DNA of 64,000 nucleotides from Acidimicrobiia bacterium (GTDB lineage Bacteria; Actinomycetota; Acidimicrobiia; Spongiisociales; UBA11373): NCBI GenBank assembly GCA_016932695.1, contig JAFGCH010000143.1, positions 4,768 to 68,767 of the forward strand, read 5' to 3'. Shown piece by piece: positions 1 to 8,254 of this stretch (position 1 is its first letter; each line of letters starts with the position of its first letter). The notes under the pieces were generated by a model. It saw only the letters and a program-made list of their open reading frames with translations, ran no database searches and was not told where the DNA came from. The position numbers and the translations under genes were made by a program.

Positions 1-1287
1 CAATTCGTCGAGCAGCTGGCCCAGGCCCTCGACGTGCGCGCCGCCGACCTGCTGCGCGCCGACCCTCCCGACAAGCGCTCCCGGCTGGAAGTCGCTCTAG
101 AGCGGGCCCAGACCGAGCCGCTCTACGAGCGCCTCCATCTCCCCGTGCTGAAAGCCTCGGCCGCCCTGCCCGACGCCGCCCTAGAGCACCTCGTCGGCCT
201 CTACGCCGAGCTCAAGCGGGCCTGCGCTCCGGCCACCCCCACCATCCAGGAAGCCCGCCGGGCCACCGTGGAGACCCGGGAGGAAGTGCGCAAGCGCGAC
301 AACTACTTCGAGGAGATCGAGAAGGTGGCCGGCGCCGCCCTGCAGGCCGTGGGGTACCCGGGCAGCGGGGCGGTGGCCCAGCGCACCCTGACCGACCTGG
401 CCACTCACTTCGGCTTCACCATCCAGCAGGTACGCGACGTGCCCGCCTCGGCGCGCTCGGTCACCGATATGCGCGACCGGGTGATCTACATCCGCCAGCG
501 CGACGTGCTGCGCACCCGCGAGGCACGCTCGGTGATCCTGCAGACCCTGGGTCATTTCGCCCTCGGCCACCCGGACCCCGTGGACTACCTCTCCTACCTG
601 CGCCAGCGCGTCGAGGCCAACTACTTCGCCGGCGCGGTGCTGGTGCCCGAGCAAGCCGCCCTGGCCCTCCTCGAGGACGCCAAGGTCGACGGCGATATCT
701 CGGTGGAGGACCTCAAGGAGGTCTTCTACGTCTCCTACGAGATGGCCGCCCACCGCTTCTGCAACCTGGCCACCCACGGCCTCGACCTGCTGGTGCACTT
801 CGTGCGCTCCGACGCCCAGGGCACCATCTGGAAGGCCTACGAGAACGACGGGGTCCCCTTCCCCTCCGCCCCGGACGGGGCCATCGAGGGGGAGCGCCTC
901 TGCCGGGAGTGGGGCACCCGCCAGGTGTTCCACAGCGAGGACGTCTTCGCCGTCCACTACCAGTACACCACCACCCCGGTGGGCGAGTTCTGGTGCGCCA
1001 CCCACGTGGAGGCCGATCGCCAGCCCTATCACGCGGTGACGGTGGGCTGCGAGGCCGATGACGCCCAGTACTTCCGCGGCGGCGCCACCGAACGGCGCTC
1101 GGTCTCCAAATGCCCCGACGGGCCGTGCTGCCGCCGGCCTCAACGACGCCTGGCCGCCCGCTGGGACGGCTGGGCTTGGGCGGCGCCGATCAGCCACAGC
1201 CACGCCCTGGCAGTGACCGCTTCGCTCCCCGGTACCGACACCGCCGAGATCTACGAGTTCCTGGAGAGGTACGCCCCGGAGGGGTAG
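1..1287 (+). CDS. XRE-family HTH / IrrE-N (peptidase M78-like) transcriptional regulator, RamB/PrpR/ScfR-like; 5' truncated by the window edge
   Basis: Frame is open from base 1 (QFVEQLAQALDVRAADLL resembles an HTH tail). QTLGH...RVEANYFAGAVLVP is an IrrE-like block, and the C-terminus has CPDGPCC. Confidence 0.7.
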   Translation, partial: QFVEQLAQALDVRAADLLRADPPDKRSRLEVALERAQTEPLYERLHLPVLKASAALPDAALEHLVGLYAELKRACAPATPTIQEARRATVETREEVRKRDNYFEEIEKVAGAALQAVGYPGSGAVAQRTLTDLATHFGFTIQQVRDVPASARSVTDMRDRVIYIRQRDVLRTREARSVILQTLGHFALGHPDPVDYLSYLRQRVEANYFAGAVLVPEQAALALLEDAKVDGDISVEDLKEVFYVSYEMAAHRFCNLATHGLDLLVHFVRSDAQGTIWKAYENDGVPFPSAPDGAIEGERLCREWGTRQVFHSEDVFAVHYQYTTTPVGEFWCATHVEADRQPYHAVTVGCEADDAQYFRGGATERRSVSKCPDGPCCRRPQRRLAARWDGWAWAAPISHSHALAVTASLPGTDTAEIYEFLERYAPEG

Positions 1288-1383
1288 ACCGTCCTCGACC
1301 GGCAACCGGTGGGCCGACTGGGCCTCGTCAAGCAGGCCGAACTCGACCGGGCGCTGCGCTTCGCGCTGGGAATCACCCACTGA
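1288..1383 (+). pseudogene. C-terminal remnant of a PemK/MazF-family toxin
   Basis: TVLDRQPVGRLGLVKQAELDRALRFALGITH* resembles the final strand and helix of MazF (GRL...ELDRALRxALG). It has no start codon and is in frame after the TAG at 1285-1287. Confidence 0.5.
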
Positions 1384-1407
1384 GGCGGCGCCGCCTCGCC
1401 GGCGACC

Positions 1408-1570
1408 GTGCAACGTTCCTCGCCGCGGCAAGCAGCCTCTTCCCCCGACGGCGTTCCCAACCCCGCATGTCCGCCGCTCGGGAATCAGGGCCTCCTCCCC
1501 GCGGACATGTCGACCCCACACCTCGTCGGCATGAAGGGCCGCCGTATGACATCATCTCCCGAGCAGTGCC
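1408..1570. ncRNA. Candidate 6S-like (rod with central bubble) non-coding RNA
   Basis: Nested stems: CTTC 1439-1442 / GAAG 1533-1536, CCGACG 1445-1450 / CGTCGG 1524-1529, CATGTCCGC 1466-1474 / GCGGACATG 1501-1509. A 15x14-nt unpaired bubble lies between the last two. The region is intergenic. Confidence 0.45.
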
Positions 1571-1609
1571 TTGGGGTTACAGCCCGGGGCTCGGCCGAGG
1601 AGGAGACCG

Positions 1610-2143
1610 ATGATCGGCAAGCCGGCCGGGTTGCTTCTGTTGCTGGTGGTGCTGGCGGGGTGCGGAGGCGGGGAGAGTGCGGTGGAGACCACGACCACCG
1701 CCGCCGCCACCAGTAGCACCGTGACGGGAGACCCCGTCGTGCCCGTCGAGGTGGCCCCGTGCGACCTGCTCACTGCGGAGGAGGTCGAGGCAGCCACCGG
1801 CCTCACGGTGGAAGAGGTGCGCGACGAACCGCCGATCAGTTGTGCGTTCGACCTGGGCACGGAGGCCGGGGTGCGCATCGAGGTCATCATCGAGGACGGA
1901 GCGGGCCGCCTCGGCGGTGCCGCCAATCTGCTCCGGGAGTATCTCCTGCTGGCCGACGCCGGGGAGGCCCAACTCATCGCCGACGTAGGCGAGCGCGCGG
2001 TCTGCTGTCCGTTTCGCGCCATCGCCGTAGACGCCGGCGGAGGCAAGTACTTCGCCGTGGCCGTCGGAGGCGGCTACAACGAACTCGCCGAACCCTTCGA
2101 GGTGCTGGTCTCCCTGGCGCGGTCGGTGCTCGACCGGCTCTGA
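1610..2143 (+). CDS. Lipoprotein (DUF3558-like)
   Basis: GGAGGAG RBS; lipobox VVLAGC; Thr-rich linker; PCDLLTAEEV motif. Confidence 0.75.
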   Translation: MIGKPAGLLLLLVVLAGCGGGESAVETTTTAAATSSTVTGDPVVPVEVAPCDLLTAEEVEAATGLTVEEVRDEPPISCAFDLGTEAGVRIEVIIEDGAGRLGGAANLLREYLLLADAGEAQLIADVGERAVCCPFRAIAVDAGGGKYFAVAVGGGYNELAEPFEVLVSLARSVLDRL

Positions 2144-2273
2144 TCTGCCCGGGCAGAACCGCATCAGGGGCCATCTCGCGCCGGGTCGGCTGAGACCGGC
2201 TGGGGCCGGCGCCTCGCCCGTGGCCATCGGCGGAAGGATCTATTCCTCCGGAACACCAGGTCTGTCGGTCGCC

Positions 2274-2513
2274 TCAGGTACCAGCGCGCTCGACGATCGC
2301 TTGGACCCGAGCCAGGTCGGCCGACCTCACCAACAGTCGAAAGCCCTGGATGCGGCCCATGATCGGATCGACCCCCGATTCGTCGGCGGTGAGCAACTCC
2401 ACCCGAAGGCCCTCCGCCCGGCACGCCGCCGCGATCATCTGCGCCCGAAAACGGTCGATCCCCACGGGGACGTAGACGAGGCGGTCCGCCGCCTGATCAT
2501 CGTGCCCGGGCAT
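2274..2513 (-). CDS. Small hypothetical protein, DUF2007 (putative signal-transducing) like
   Basis: 79 aa; AQMIAAACRAEGL...FRLLVRSADLARVQAIV pattern; 13 bp downstream of hypE. Confidence 0.6.
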   Translation of the reverse strand: MPGHDDQAADRLVYVPVGIDRFRAQMIAAACRAEGLRVELLTADESGVDPIMGRIQGFRLLVRSADLARVQAIVERAGT

Positions 2514-2526
2514 TCCAGACCTCCGC

Positions 2527-3588
2527 TCAGCAGATGCGGGGCAACTGCTCCCCGCTCAGCATGTCCACCGCCCGCAAGCCGCCCACGCTGCTGTGGAGGA
2601 TGACGCGGCCGGGATGGTCCCCCACCACCTCGCCGATCACCGCCGCCTGCTGCCCGAGAGGATCGGCCCGCATCACCCGCAGCACCTCGCCGACAACCTC
2701 CGGGGCGACGATGGCGAGGAACTTGCCCTCGTTGGCCACGTAGAGGGGGTCGAACCCGAGGATCTCGCAGGCGCCCCGCACCTCGTCCCCCACAGGGATG
2801 GCCCGCTCTTCGATCAGCACGCCGACCTGGGCCGACTGGGCGATCTCGACCAGCGCCGAAGCCACCCCGCCCCGGGTGGGGTCTCGCAGCACGTGAACGC
2901 CGTTGCCGGCGGCGGCGAGCACCCGGCCCACCAGGCCGCTCAGGTCGGCGCTGTCGCTCTCCAGGGCCGTCTCGAATTCCAGGCCCTCGCGCACCGACAT
3001 GATGGCGATGCCGTGCACCGCGATCTCGCCGCTCACGATCACCACGTCGCCAAGCCGGGCCCGGGTCGGGGCGATCTCCACCCCGGGAGGGATCATCCCG
3101 ATACCGGTGGTGTTGATGTAGACGCCGTCGCCGCTGCCGTGGTCGACCACCTTGGTGTCGCCGGTCACCACCGGCACGCCGGCCCGCCGCACCGCCGCCC
3201 CCAGGGACTGCACGATGCGCCAGAGGTCGTCCATGGGCAGGCCTTCCTCCAGGATGAAGCCGACCGACATGGCCATCGGCTTCGCCCCGCACATGGCGAT
3301 GTCGTTCAGCGTGCCGTGCGCCGCCAGCGACCCGATGTCACCCCCGGGGAAGAAGAGGGGCTTGACGACGAAAGAGTCGGTGGAGAAGGCCAGGCGGCCG
3401 CCGGGCACGTCGAGGACGGCGCCGTCGTGGAGGACGTCGAGGGCCGGGTTGCCGAAGGCCGCCAGGTACATGTCCCGCACCAGTTGGGCCGAGAAGCGGC
3501 CCCCGCCGCCGTGAGCCAGTTGCACGGTGGGATACCGGTCGAGCGGTATGGGGCAGGTGGCGCCCATGAAGCCGGCAAAGTCGTTCAT
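2527..3588 (-). CDS. hypE: Hydrogenase maturation protein HypE
   Basis: [32 protein letters not shown]-terminal PRIC; ATGA overlap with hypD. Confidence 0.97.
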   Translation of the reverse strand: MNDFAGFMGATCPIPLDRYPTVQLAHGGGGRFSAQLVRDMYLAAFGNPALDVLHDGAVLDVPGGRLAFSTDSFVVKPLFFPGGDIGSLAAHGTLNDIAMCGAKPMAMSVGFILEEGLPMDDLWRIVQSLGAAVRRAGVPVVTGDTKVVDHGSGDGVYINTTGIGMIPPGVEIAPTRARLGDVVIVSGEIAVHGIAIMSVREGLEFETALESDSADLSGLVGRVLAAAGNGVHVLRDPTRGGVASALVEIAQSAQVGVLIEERAIPVGDEVRGACEILGFDPLYVANEGKFLAIVAPEVVGEVLRVMRADPLGQQAAVIGEVVGDHPGRVILHSSVGGLRAVDMLSGEQLPRIC

Positions 3589-4673
3589 ACGGTTCTTCCG
3601 TACTGGTAATAGGCGGCGCAGGCGCCCTCGGCCGACACCATGGGGGCGCCCAGCGGCCGGTCGGGGGTGCACCGAGTGCCGAAGGCCGGGCACTCGTGGG
3701 GCTTCTTCAGGCCCCGCAGGATGTCGCCGGCGATGCATTCCGCCGACTCCTCGGCGGTGATGGCCTCCACCTGGAAGCGGCGCTCGGCGTCGAAGGCGGC
3801 GAACTCCTCGCGCAGGCTGAGGCCGCTCATCGGGATCTCCCCGATCCCCCGCCACTTGCGGTCGCCCACCTCGAAGACCTGTTGGATGAGAGCCTGGGCC
3901 CGGGTGTTGCCCTCGTAGGTGACCGCCCGGCTGTACTGGTTCTCCACGCCGTGGCGGCCCTCCTCCAGGGCGGCCACCGCCATGGTGATGCCCTGCAGCA
4001 GGTCGAGCGGCTCGAAACCGGTGACCACCACCGGGATGCGGTACTTCTCGGCGATGGGCCCGTACTCCCAGTAGCCCATGACGGCGCACACGTGTCCCGC
4101 GGCCAGGAACCCCTGGACCAGATTGCCGGGGGCGCCCAGGATGGCCTCCATGGCCGGCGGCACCAGCACCTGCGAGGAGAGGATCGAGTAATTCTTCAGC
4201 CCCAGGTCGCGGGCGCGCACCACCGACATGGCGTTGGCCGGGGCGGTGGTCTCGAAGCCTACGGCGAAGAACACCACCTGGCGGTCGGGGTTGGCGGCGG
4301 CGATTTTCACCGCATCGAGCGGCGAGTAGACGATGCGCACGTCGCCGCCCTCCGCCTTCACGGAGAGCAAGTCGGCGCCGGAGCCGGGGACGCGGATCAT
4401 GTCGCCGAACGAGGTGAAGATGACCTCGGGGCGGCGGGCGATTGCCAGGGCCTTGTCGATCAGTTCCAGAGAGGTGACGCACACCGGGCACCCGGGCCCG
4501 TGCACCAACTGGACGTTCTCGGGGATCAGGCGGTCGATGCCGGCCTTGACCACCGTATGGGTCTGCCCGCCGCAGATCTCCATGATGTACCAGGGGCGAG
4601 TGGTGATGCGCCCGAGGGCGTCGAGGTACCGCCGGGCCGAGGCCTCATCGCGATACTCGTCGACGTACTTCAT
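3585..4673 (-). CDS. hypD: Hydrogenase maturation protein HypD
   Basis: [21 protein letters not shown] and C-terminal Cys cluster. Confidence 0.97.
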   Translation of the reverse strand: MKYVDEYRDEASARRYLDALGRITTRPWYIMEICGGQTHTVVKAGIDRLIPENVQLVHGPGCPVCVTSLELIDKALAIARRPEVIFTSFGDMIRVPGSGADLLSVKAEGGDVRIVYSPLDAVKIAAANPDRQVVFFAVGFETTAPANAMSVVRARDLGLKNYSILSSQVLVPPAMEAILGAPGNLVQGFLAAGHVCAVMGYWEYGPIAEKYRIPVVVTGFEPLDLLQGITMAVAALEEGRHGVENQYSRAVTYEGNTRAQALIQQVFEVGDRKWRGIGEIPMSGLSLREEFAAFDAERRFQVEAITAEESAECIAGDILRGLKKPHECPAFGTRCTPDRPLGAPMVSAEGACAAYYQYGRTV

Positions 4674-4942
4674 GCCGAGGCCGCCTCGCCTTCCTCGGCG
4701 ATCTCCAGTTCCGCCAGTTCGCCCATCTCCTCCAGGTAGCCGAACACCCGCTCGGCCTCCTCCTCGTCGATGGTGGAGATGGCGAAGCCGACGTGCACCA
4801 CCACGTACTGGCCCACTTCGGCTTCGGGTGTGGTCGCCAGGCACACCTCCTTGACGATCCCACCGAAGGAGACACGGCCCATGGTCATGCCGGTGGGGTC
4901 ATCCCACATCTCCAGGATCTTGCCGGGCACTCCGAGACACAT
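4670..4942 (-). CDS. hypC: Hydrogenase chaperone HypC
   Basis: MCLGVPGKI...[11 protein letters not shown]; overlaps hypF stop and hypD start. Confidence 0.97.
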   Translation of the reverse strand: MCLGVPGKILEMWDDPTGMTMGRVSFGGIVKEVCLATTPEAEVGQYVVVHVGFAISTIDEEEAERVFGYLEEMGELAELEIAEEGEAASA

Positions 4943-7245
4943 CAGGCGATTTCCTCCTTGCCGCCGCCCCATCGGGCGGAGGCCACAGCGATCTGACCGA
5001 GGCTGATGCCGCCGTCGTTCGCCGGCACGCGGCGGTGCAGCAGCACCTCGAAACCGGCCCCCTCCAGCCGAGCCGCGGCGCGCTCGGTCAGGATCCGATT
5101 CTGGAAGCATCCCCCCGTCAACGCAACCCTGGGCTCGCCCGCGGCGGCGGCCACGGCGAGGATGCCCTCCACCAGGGCGTTGTGGAACCGGCCGGCCACC
5201 GTCTCTACCGGGACGCCCCGGCGCATGTCGCCGAGCACGGCTTCCAGCAGCGGGCCCCAGTCGAGCACCATCGGGCCCGACCCCTCCACCAGCGGCAGCG
5301 GGTAGGCGTCGTTCACACCCGGGTCGACGGCGTGCTCCAGCAGCATCGCCGCCTGCCCCTCGAACGACACCCGGGAGGGCAGCCCGCCCAAGGCGGCCAC
5401 GGCGTCGAAGAGGCGCCCGCACGACGTGGTCGTGGGGGTGCGGAACCCGGTGGCGAGCATCCGGCCCAGCGGGGCCCGCTCCGCCGCCGCGAACCCGGCC
5501 ACGGCGGCGACGTCCCCCAGGTCCCAGACCCGCTCACCCATCACCTCCCACAGGGCGGCCAGCGCCGAACGGCGCGGCTCCACCACGGCGGCGTCGCCCC
5601 CGGGCAGGCGGAAGGGCCTCAGGTGGGCCACCCGTTCGACCCCGGCGGCGTCCCCCGCCAGGAACTCTCCGCCCCAGACCGTGCCGTCGGTCCCGTAGCC
5701 GGTGCCGTCCCAGGTGACCCCCAGGGCGCGGCCCCCGCCGTTCTCGGCCAGGCAGGACGCCAGGTGGGCGTGGTGGTGCTGCACCGCCACCAGCGGCAGC
5801 CCGCCCAGGCGGCCCTCTCCGGCAACGGCTCCCTCCGCCCACCGGGTCGAGGCGTAGTCGGGGTGCAGGTCGTGCACCACAGCCACCGGCCCGGCCTCGT
5901 ACATGCCCAGGAAGTCGGCGATCACCCTCTCGAAGGCCCCCAGAGCCTGAACGGTCTCCATGTCGCCGATGTGCTGGCTCAAGAAGACCCGCTCCCCCAC
6001 GCTGAGGGCCACGGTGTTCTTCAGGTGGGCCCCCACCGCCAGGAGCGTCGGCGCCGGGCCGTCGAGCCGCACCGGGAGCGGGGCGTAGCCGCGAGCCCGG
6101 CGGATCGGCCGGGGCGCCCCGGCCACCACGGCGACCACCGAGTCGTCCACGTGGCGGGCGATGGGGCGGTCGTGGACCAAGAAGATGTCGGCGATGCCGC
6201 CTAGGCGCGCCAAGGCCTCGGTCTCGTCGATGCAGATCGGCTCGTCGCTCAGGTTGCCGCTGGTGGCCACCACCGGGAACCCCAGGCGGCGGAGCAGCAG
6301 GTGGTGCAGGGGGGTGTAGGGCAACATCACCCCTAGGAAGACGTTCCCGGGTGCCACCGCCTCGGCCACGCCGGCGTCGGGGTGCCGGGGCAGCAGCACG
6401 ATCGGGGCCTCCGGCCCGGTGAGGAGCGCAACCGCCTCCGCCGAAACCTCACCCAGGTGCCGGGCCCCGTCGAGGTCGGCGGCCATCAGCGCCAGGGGTT
6501 TCTCGTAGCGGGCCTTGCGCTCCCGCAGGCCGACGACCGCCGCCTGGCTGCGGGCGTCCACGATGAGGAGGAACCCCCCGAGGCCCTTGAGCGCCAGGAT
6601 GCGCCCCTGCTCCACGGCGGCGGCGGCGCCTTCCAGGGCGTCGTCGCGCTCGGCCAAGAGTCTCCCATCGGCATCGACCAGGGAGAGGTGCGGCCCGCAC
6701 ACCGGGCAGGCGTTGGGCTGGGCGTGGAAGCGGCGGTCGCGCGGGTCCTCGTACTCGCGGCGGCATTCGGCGCACATGGGGAAGATCCGCATGGTGGTGT
6801 TGGGCCGGTCGTAGGGGACGGCCTCAATGATGCTGAAGCGGGGGCCGCAGTTGGTGCAGTTGGTGAAGGGGTAGCGGTAGCGCCGGTCGGCCGGGTCGAA
6901 CACCTCGGCCAGGCAGTCGTCGCAGGTAGCAGTGTCGGGGAGCACTACCACCGTCTTCTCCCCGCCCGGGTCGCTGTGGCGGATCTCGAAACCCTCGAAC
7001 CCGGCCGGGTCCAGCCAGGCGGCCTCCACCGCGTGGATCTCGGAGCGGGGCGGCTTCTCGACCACCAGGCGATCACGAAAGGCCTCCAGGCGCTCCCGGG
7101 GGCCCTCGACCTCGACGAACACCCCCCGGGTGTCGTTGATCACCCACCCGGCGAGATCGAGGTCCTCGGCGAGGCGGAACACGAAGGGGCGGAAGCCCAC
7201 CCCCTGTACCGCGCCGTACACCTCCATACGAAGCCTGCAGGTCAC
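4942..7245 (-). CDS. hypF: Carbamoyltransferase HypF
   Basis: VQGVGFRPFV acylphosphatase domain, CxxC zinc fingers, KGLGG, HHHAH; GTG start inferred. Confidence 0.96.
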   Translation of the reverse strand: MTCRLRMEVYGAVQGVGFRPFVFRLAEDLDLAGWVINDTRGVFVEVEGPRERLEAFRDRLVVEKPPRSEIHAVEAAWLDPAGFEGFEIRHSDPGGEKTVVVLPDTATCDDCLAEVFDPADRRYRYPFTNCTNCGPRFSIIEAVPYDRPNTTMRIFPMCAECRREYEDPRDRRFHAQPNACPVCGPHLSLVDADGRLLAERDDALEGAAAAVEQGRILALKGLGGFLLIVDARSQAAVVGLRERKARYEKPLALMAADLDGARHLGEVSAEAVALLTGPEAPIVLLPRHPDAGVAEAVAPGNVFLGVMLPYTPLHHLLLRRLGFPVVATSGNLSDEPICIDETEALARLGGIADIFLVHDRPIARHVDDSVVAVVAGAPRPIRRARGYAPLPVRLDGPAPTLLAVGAHLKNTVALSVGERVFLSQHIGDMETVQALGAFERVIADFLGMYEAGPVAVVHDLHPDYASTRWAEGAVAGEGRLGGLPLVAVQHHHAHLASCLAENGGGRALGVTWDGTGYGTDGTVWGGEFLAGDAAGVERVAHLRPFRLPGGDAAVVEPRRSALAALWEVMGERVWDLGDVAAVAGFAAAERAPLGRMLATGFRTPTTTSCGRLFDAVAALGGLPSRVSFEGQAAMLLEHAVDPGVNDAYPLPLVEGSGPMVLDWGPLLEAVLGDMRRGVPVETVAGRFHNALVEGILAVAAAAGEPRVALTGGCFQNRILTERAAARLEGAGFEVLLHRRVPANDGGISLGQIAVASARWGGGKEEIA

Positions 7246-7430
7246 CGGACGCCTCGGCGGTGGCAGGTGTGAATCGTCATGGGGTCCCTGGGGGCTGGGA
7301 ATCGGGCAGAACGCCCGGGCCCGGCGGAGTGTACCGGCGGGCCGGGTCAACCCGGAGGGGACGGTGCCAGTCGGCCGACTGGCGGCGGGATCGCCATAGT
7401 GCTGCCGGCGTTGGGGTGCTGGGTACTCGG

Positions 7431-7868
7431 CTATCGCGCCGCCGGGAAGAGGCGGCCGGGTGCGTCTGGCGGGTCGATCCTGGTGATTCCCTCGATCCCG
7501 TCAAAGCCACGGTCCGGGCTGATGATGAGGTCTATGCCGTGAACGCGGCAAGTGGCCAGGTGGATGAGATCCCGTGCGGTGAGGGCCGGGTACTGGAGGA
7601 AGAGGCTCGGCATCTCCCGCATGACCCGTTCGCTGATGGGGAGCACCGGAGCAAAGATGTCGAGGGCGCTTTCGGCCATGGCGGCGCCGACGGGGCGCCG
7701 GTCCCCGCTGGAGAAGCGGTAGAGGATCTCCTGAATGACCTCTGCCGAGGTGACCCCGTCCAGGCTCTGGTCGACTACGGCCTCGATGAGCTGCCGGCAG
7801 GGCCGGCGAAGAGGATGCGGTTTGCCGGCGGCATACATGATCACGGCGGTGTCGAAGAAGGCCGTCAT
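7431..7868 (-). CDS. vapC: VapC PIN-domain toxin
   Basis: FFDTAVIMYA, SAEVIQE, ARDLIHLAT, SPDRGFD acidic PIN residues; overlaps upstream antitoxin. Confidence 0.9.
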   Translation of the reverse strand: MTAFFDTAVIMYAAGKPHPLRRPCRQLIEAVVDQSLDGVTSAEVIQEILYRFSSGDRRPVGAAMAESALDIFAPVLPISERVMREMPSLFLQYPALTARDLIHLATCRVHGIDLIISPDRGFDGIEGITRIDPPDAPGRLFPAAR

Positions 7869-8101
7869 CCCGTGGCCCCGCGGAGGATCTCGGCCTTCAT
7901 CGCCTCCCAATCTGCGGTAGGAGCTTCGAGGGCGAACATGGCCTCCATGGCGTCACGGGCCGGCCTGGCGCGGGGCGCGGTGTACTGGTCGATGGCATCA
8001 CGCACCACAGCTCCGATCGACATGCCCTTCTCCGAGGCGATGCGTTCGAGGCGGCGCCGCTGGCTGGGGCTGAGGAGCACCTGGGTGCGTTCCGAGTACA
8101 T
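7865..8101 (-). CDS. vapB: CopG/RHH-type antitoxin (VapB)
   Basis: RTQVLLSPSQRRRLERIASEKGMSIGAVVRDAID ribbon-helix-helix; alternative ATG at 8107. Confidence 0.85.
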   Translation of the reverse strand: MYSERTQVLLSPSQRRRLERIASEKGMSIGAVVRDAIDQYTAPRARPARDAMEAMFALEAPTADWEAMKAEILRGATG

Positions 8102-8118
8102 GCACATATCATACTATG
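8102..8118 (-). promoter_or_regulatory. vapBC -10 box (TATGAT) 6 nt before ATG, overlapped by inverted repeat CATA-N6-TATG
   Basis: TATGAT at 8113-8108; inverted repeat at 8105-8118; geometry fits a leaderless, autoregulated promoter. Confidence 0.55.
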
Positions 8119-8217
8119 CGGCACGGACAGGCTCCCCTCATGCACCATCCGGCAGTCGCGACAGCACAACAGCGTTGGCTTGCTAGGTCTTGCTCTGCCT
8201 CTGCCCCTCGCCCTTCA

Positions 8218-8247
8218 TTGACATCGAACACCTGTTCGTCCTAGGGT
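8218..8247 (+). promoter_or_regulatory. Sigma-A type promoter containing a LexA (SOS) box
   Basis: TTGACA 8218-8223, 18-nt spacer containing TCGAAC-ACCT-GTTCG (8224-8238), TAGGGT 8242-8247, GTG 7 nt later. Confidence 0.8.
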
Positions 8248-8254
8248 CGGGGCC

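Noticed and set aside
1285-1287. Possible pyrrolysine or programmed TAG readthrough
   Set aside because: No pyl genes or other supporting signal in the window; a deletion scar is simpler
7328-7350. TTGACC...TACACT upstream of hypF as a full sigma-70 promoter
   Set aside because: The spacer is only 11 nt; the -10 may be real but this -35 pairing is not
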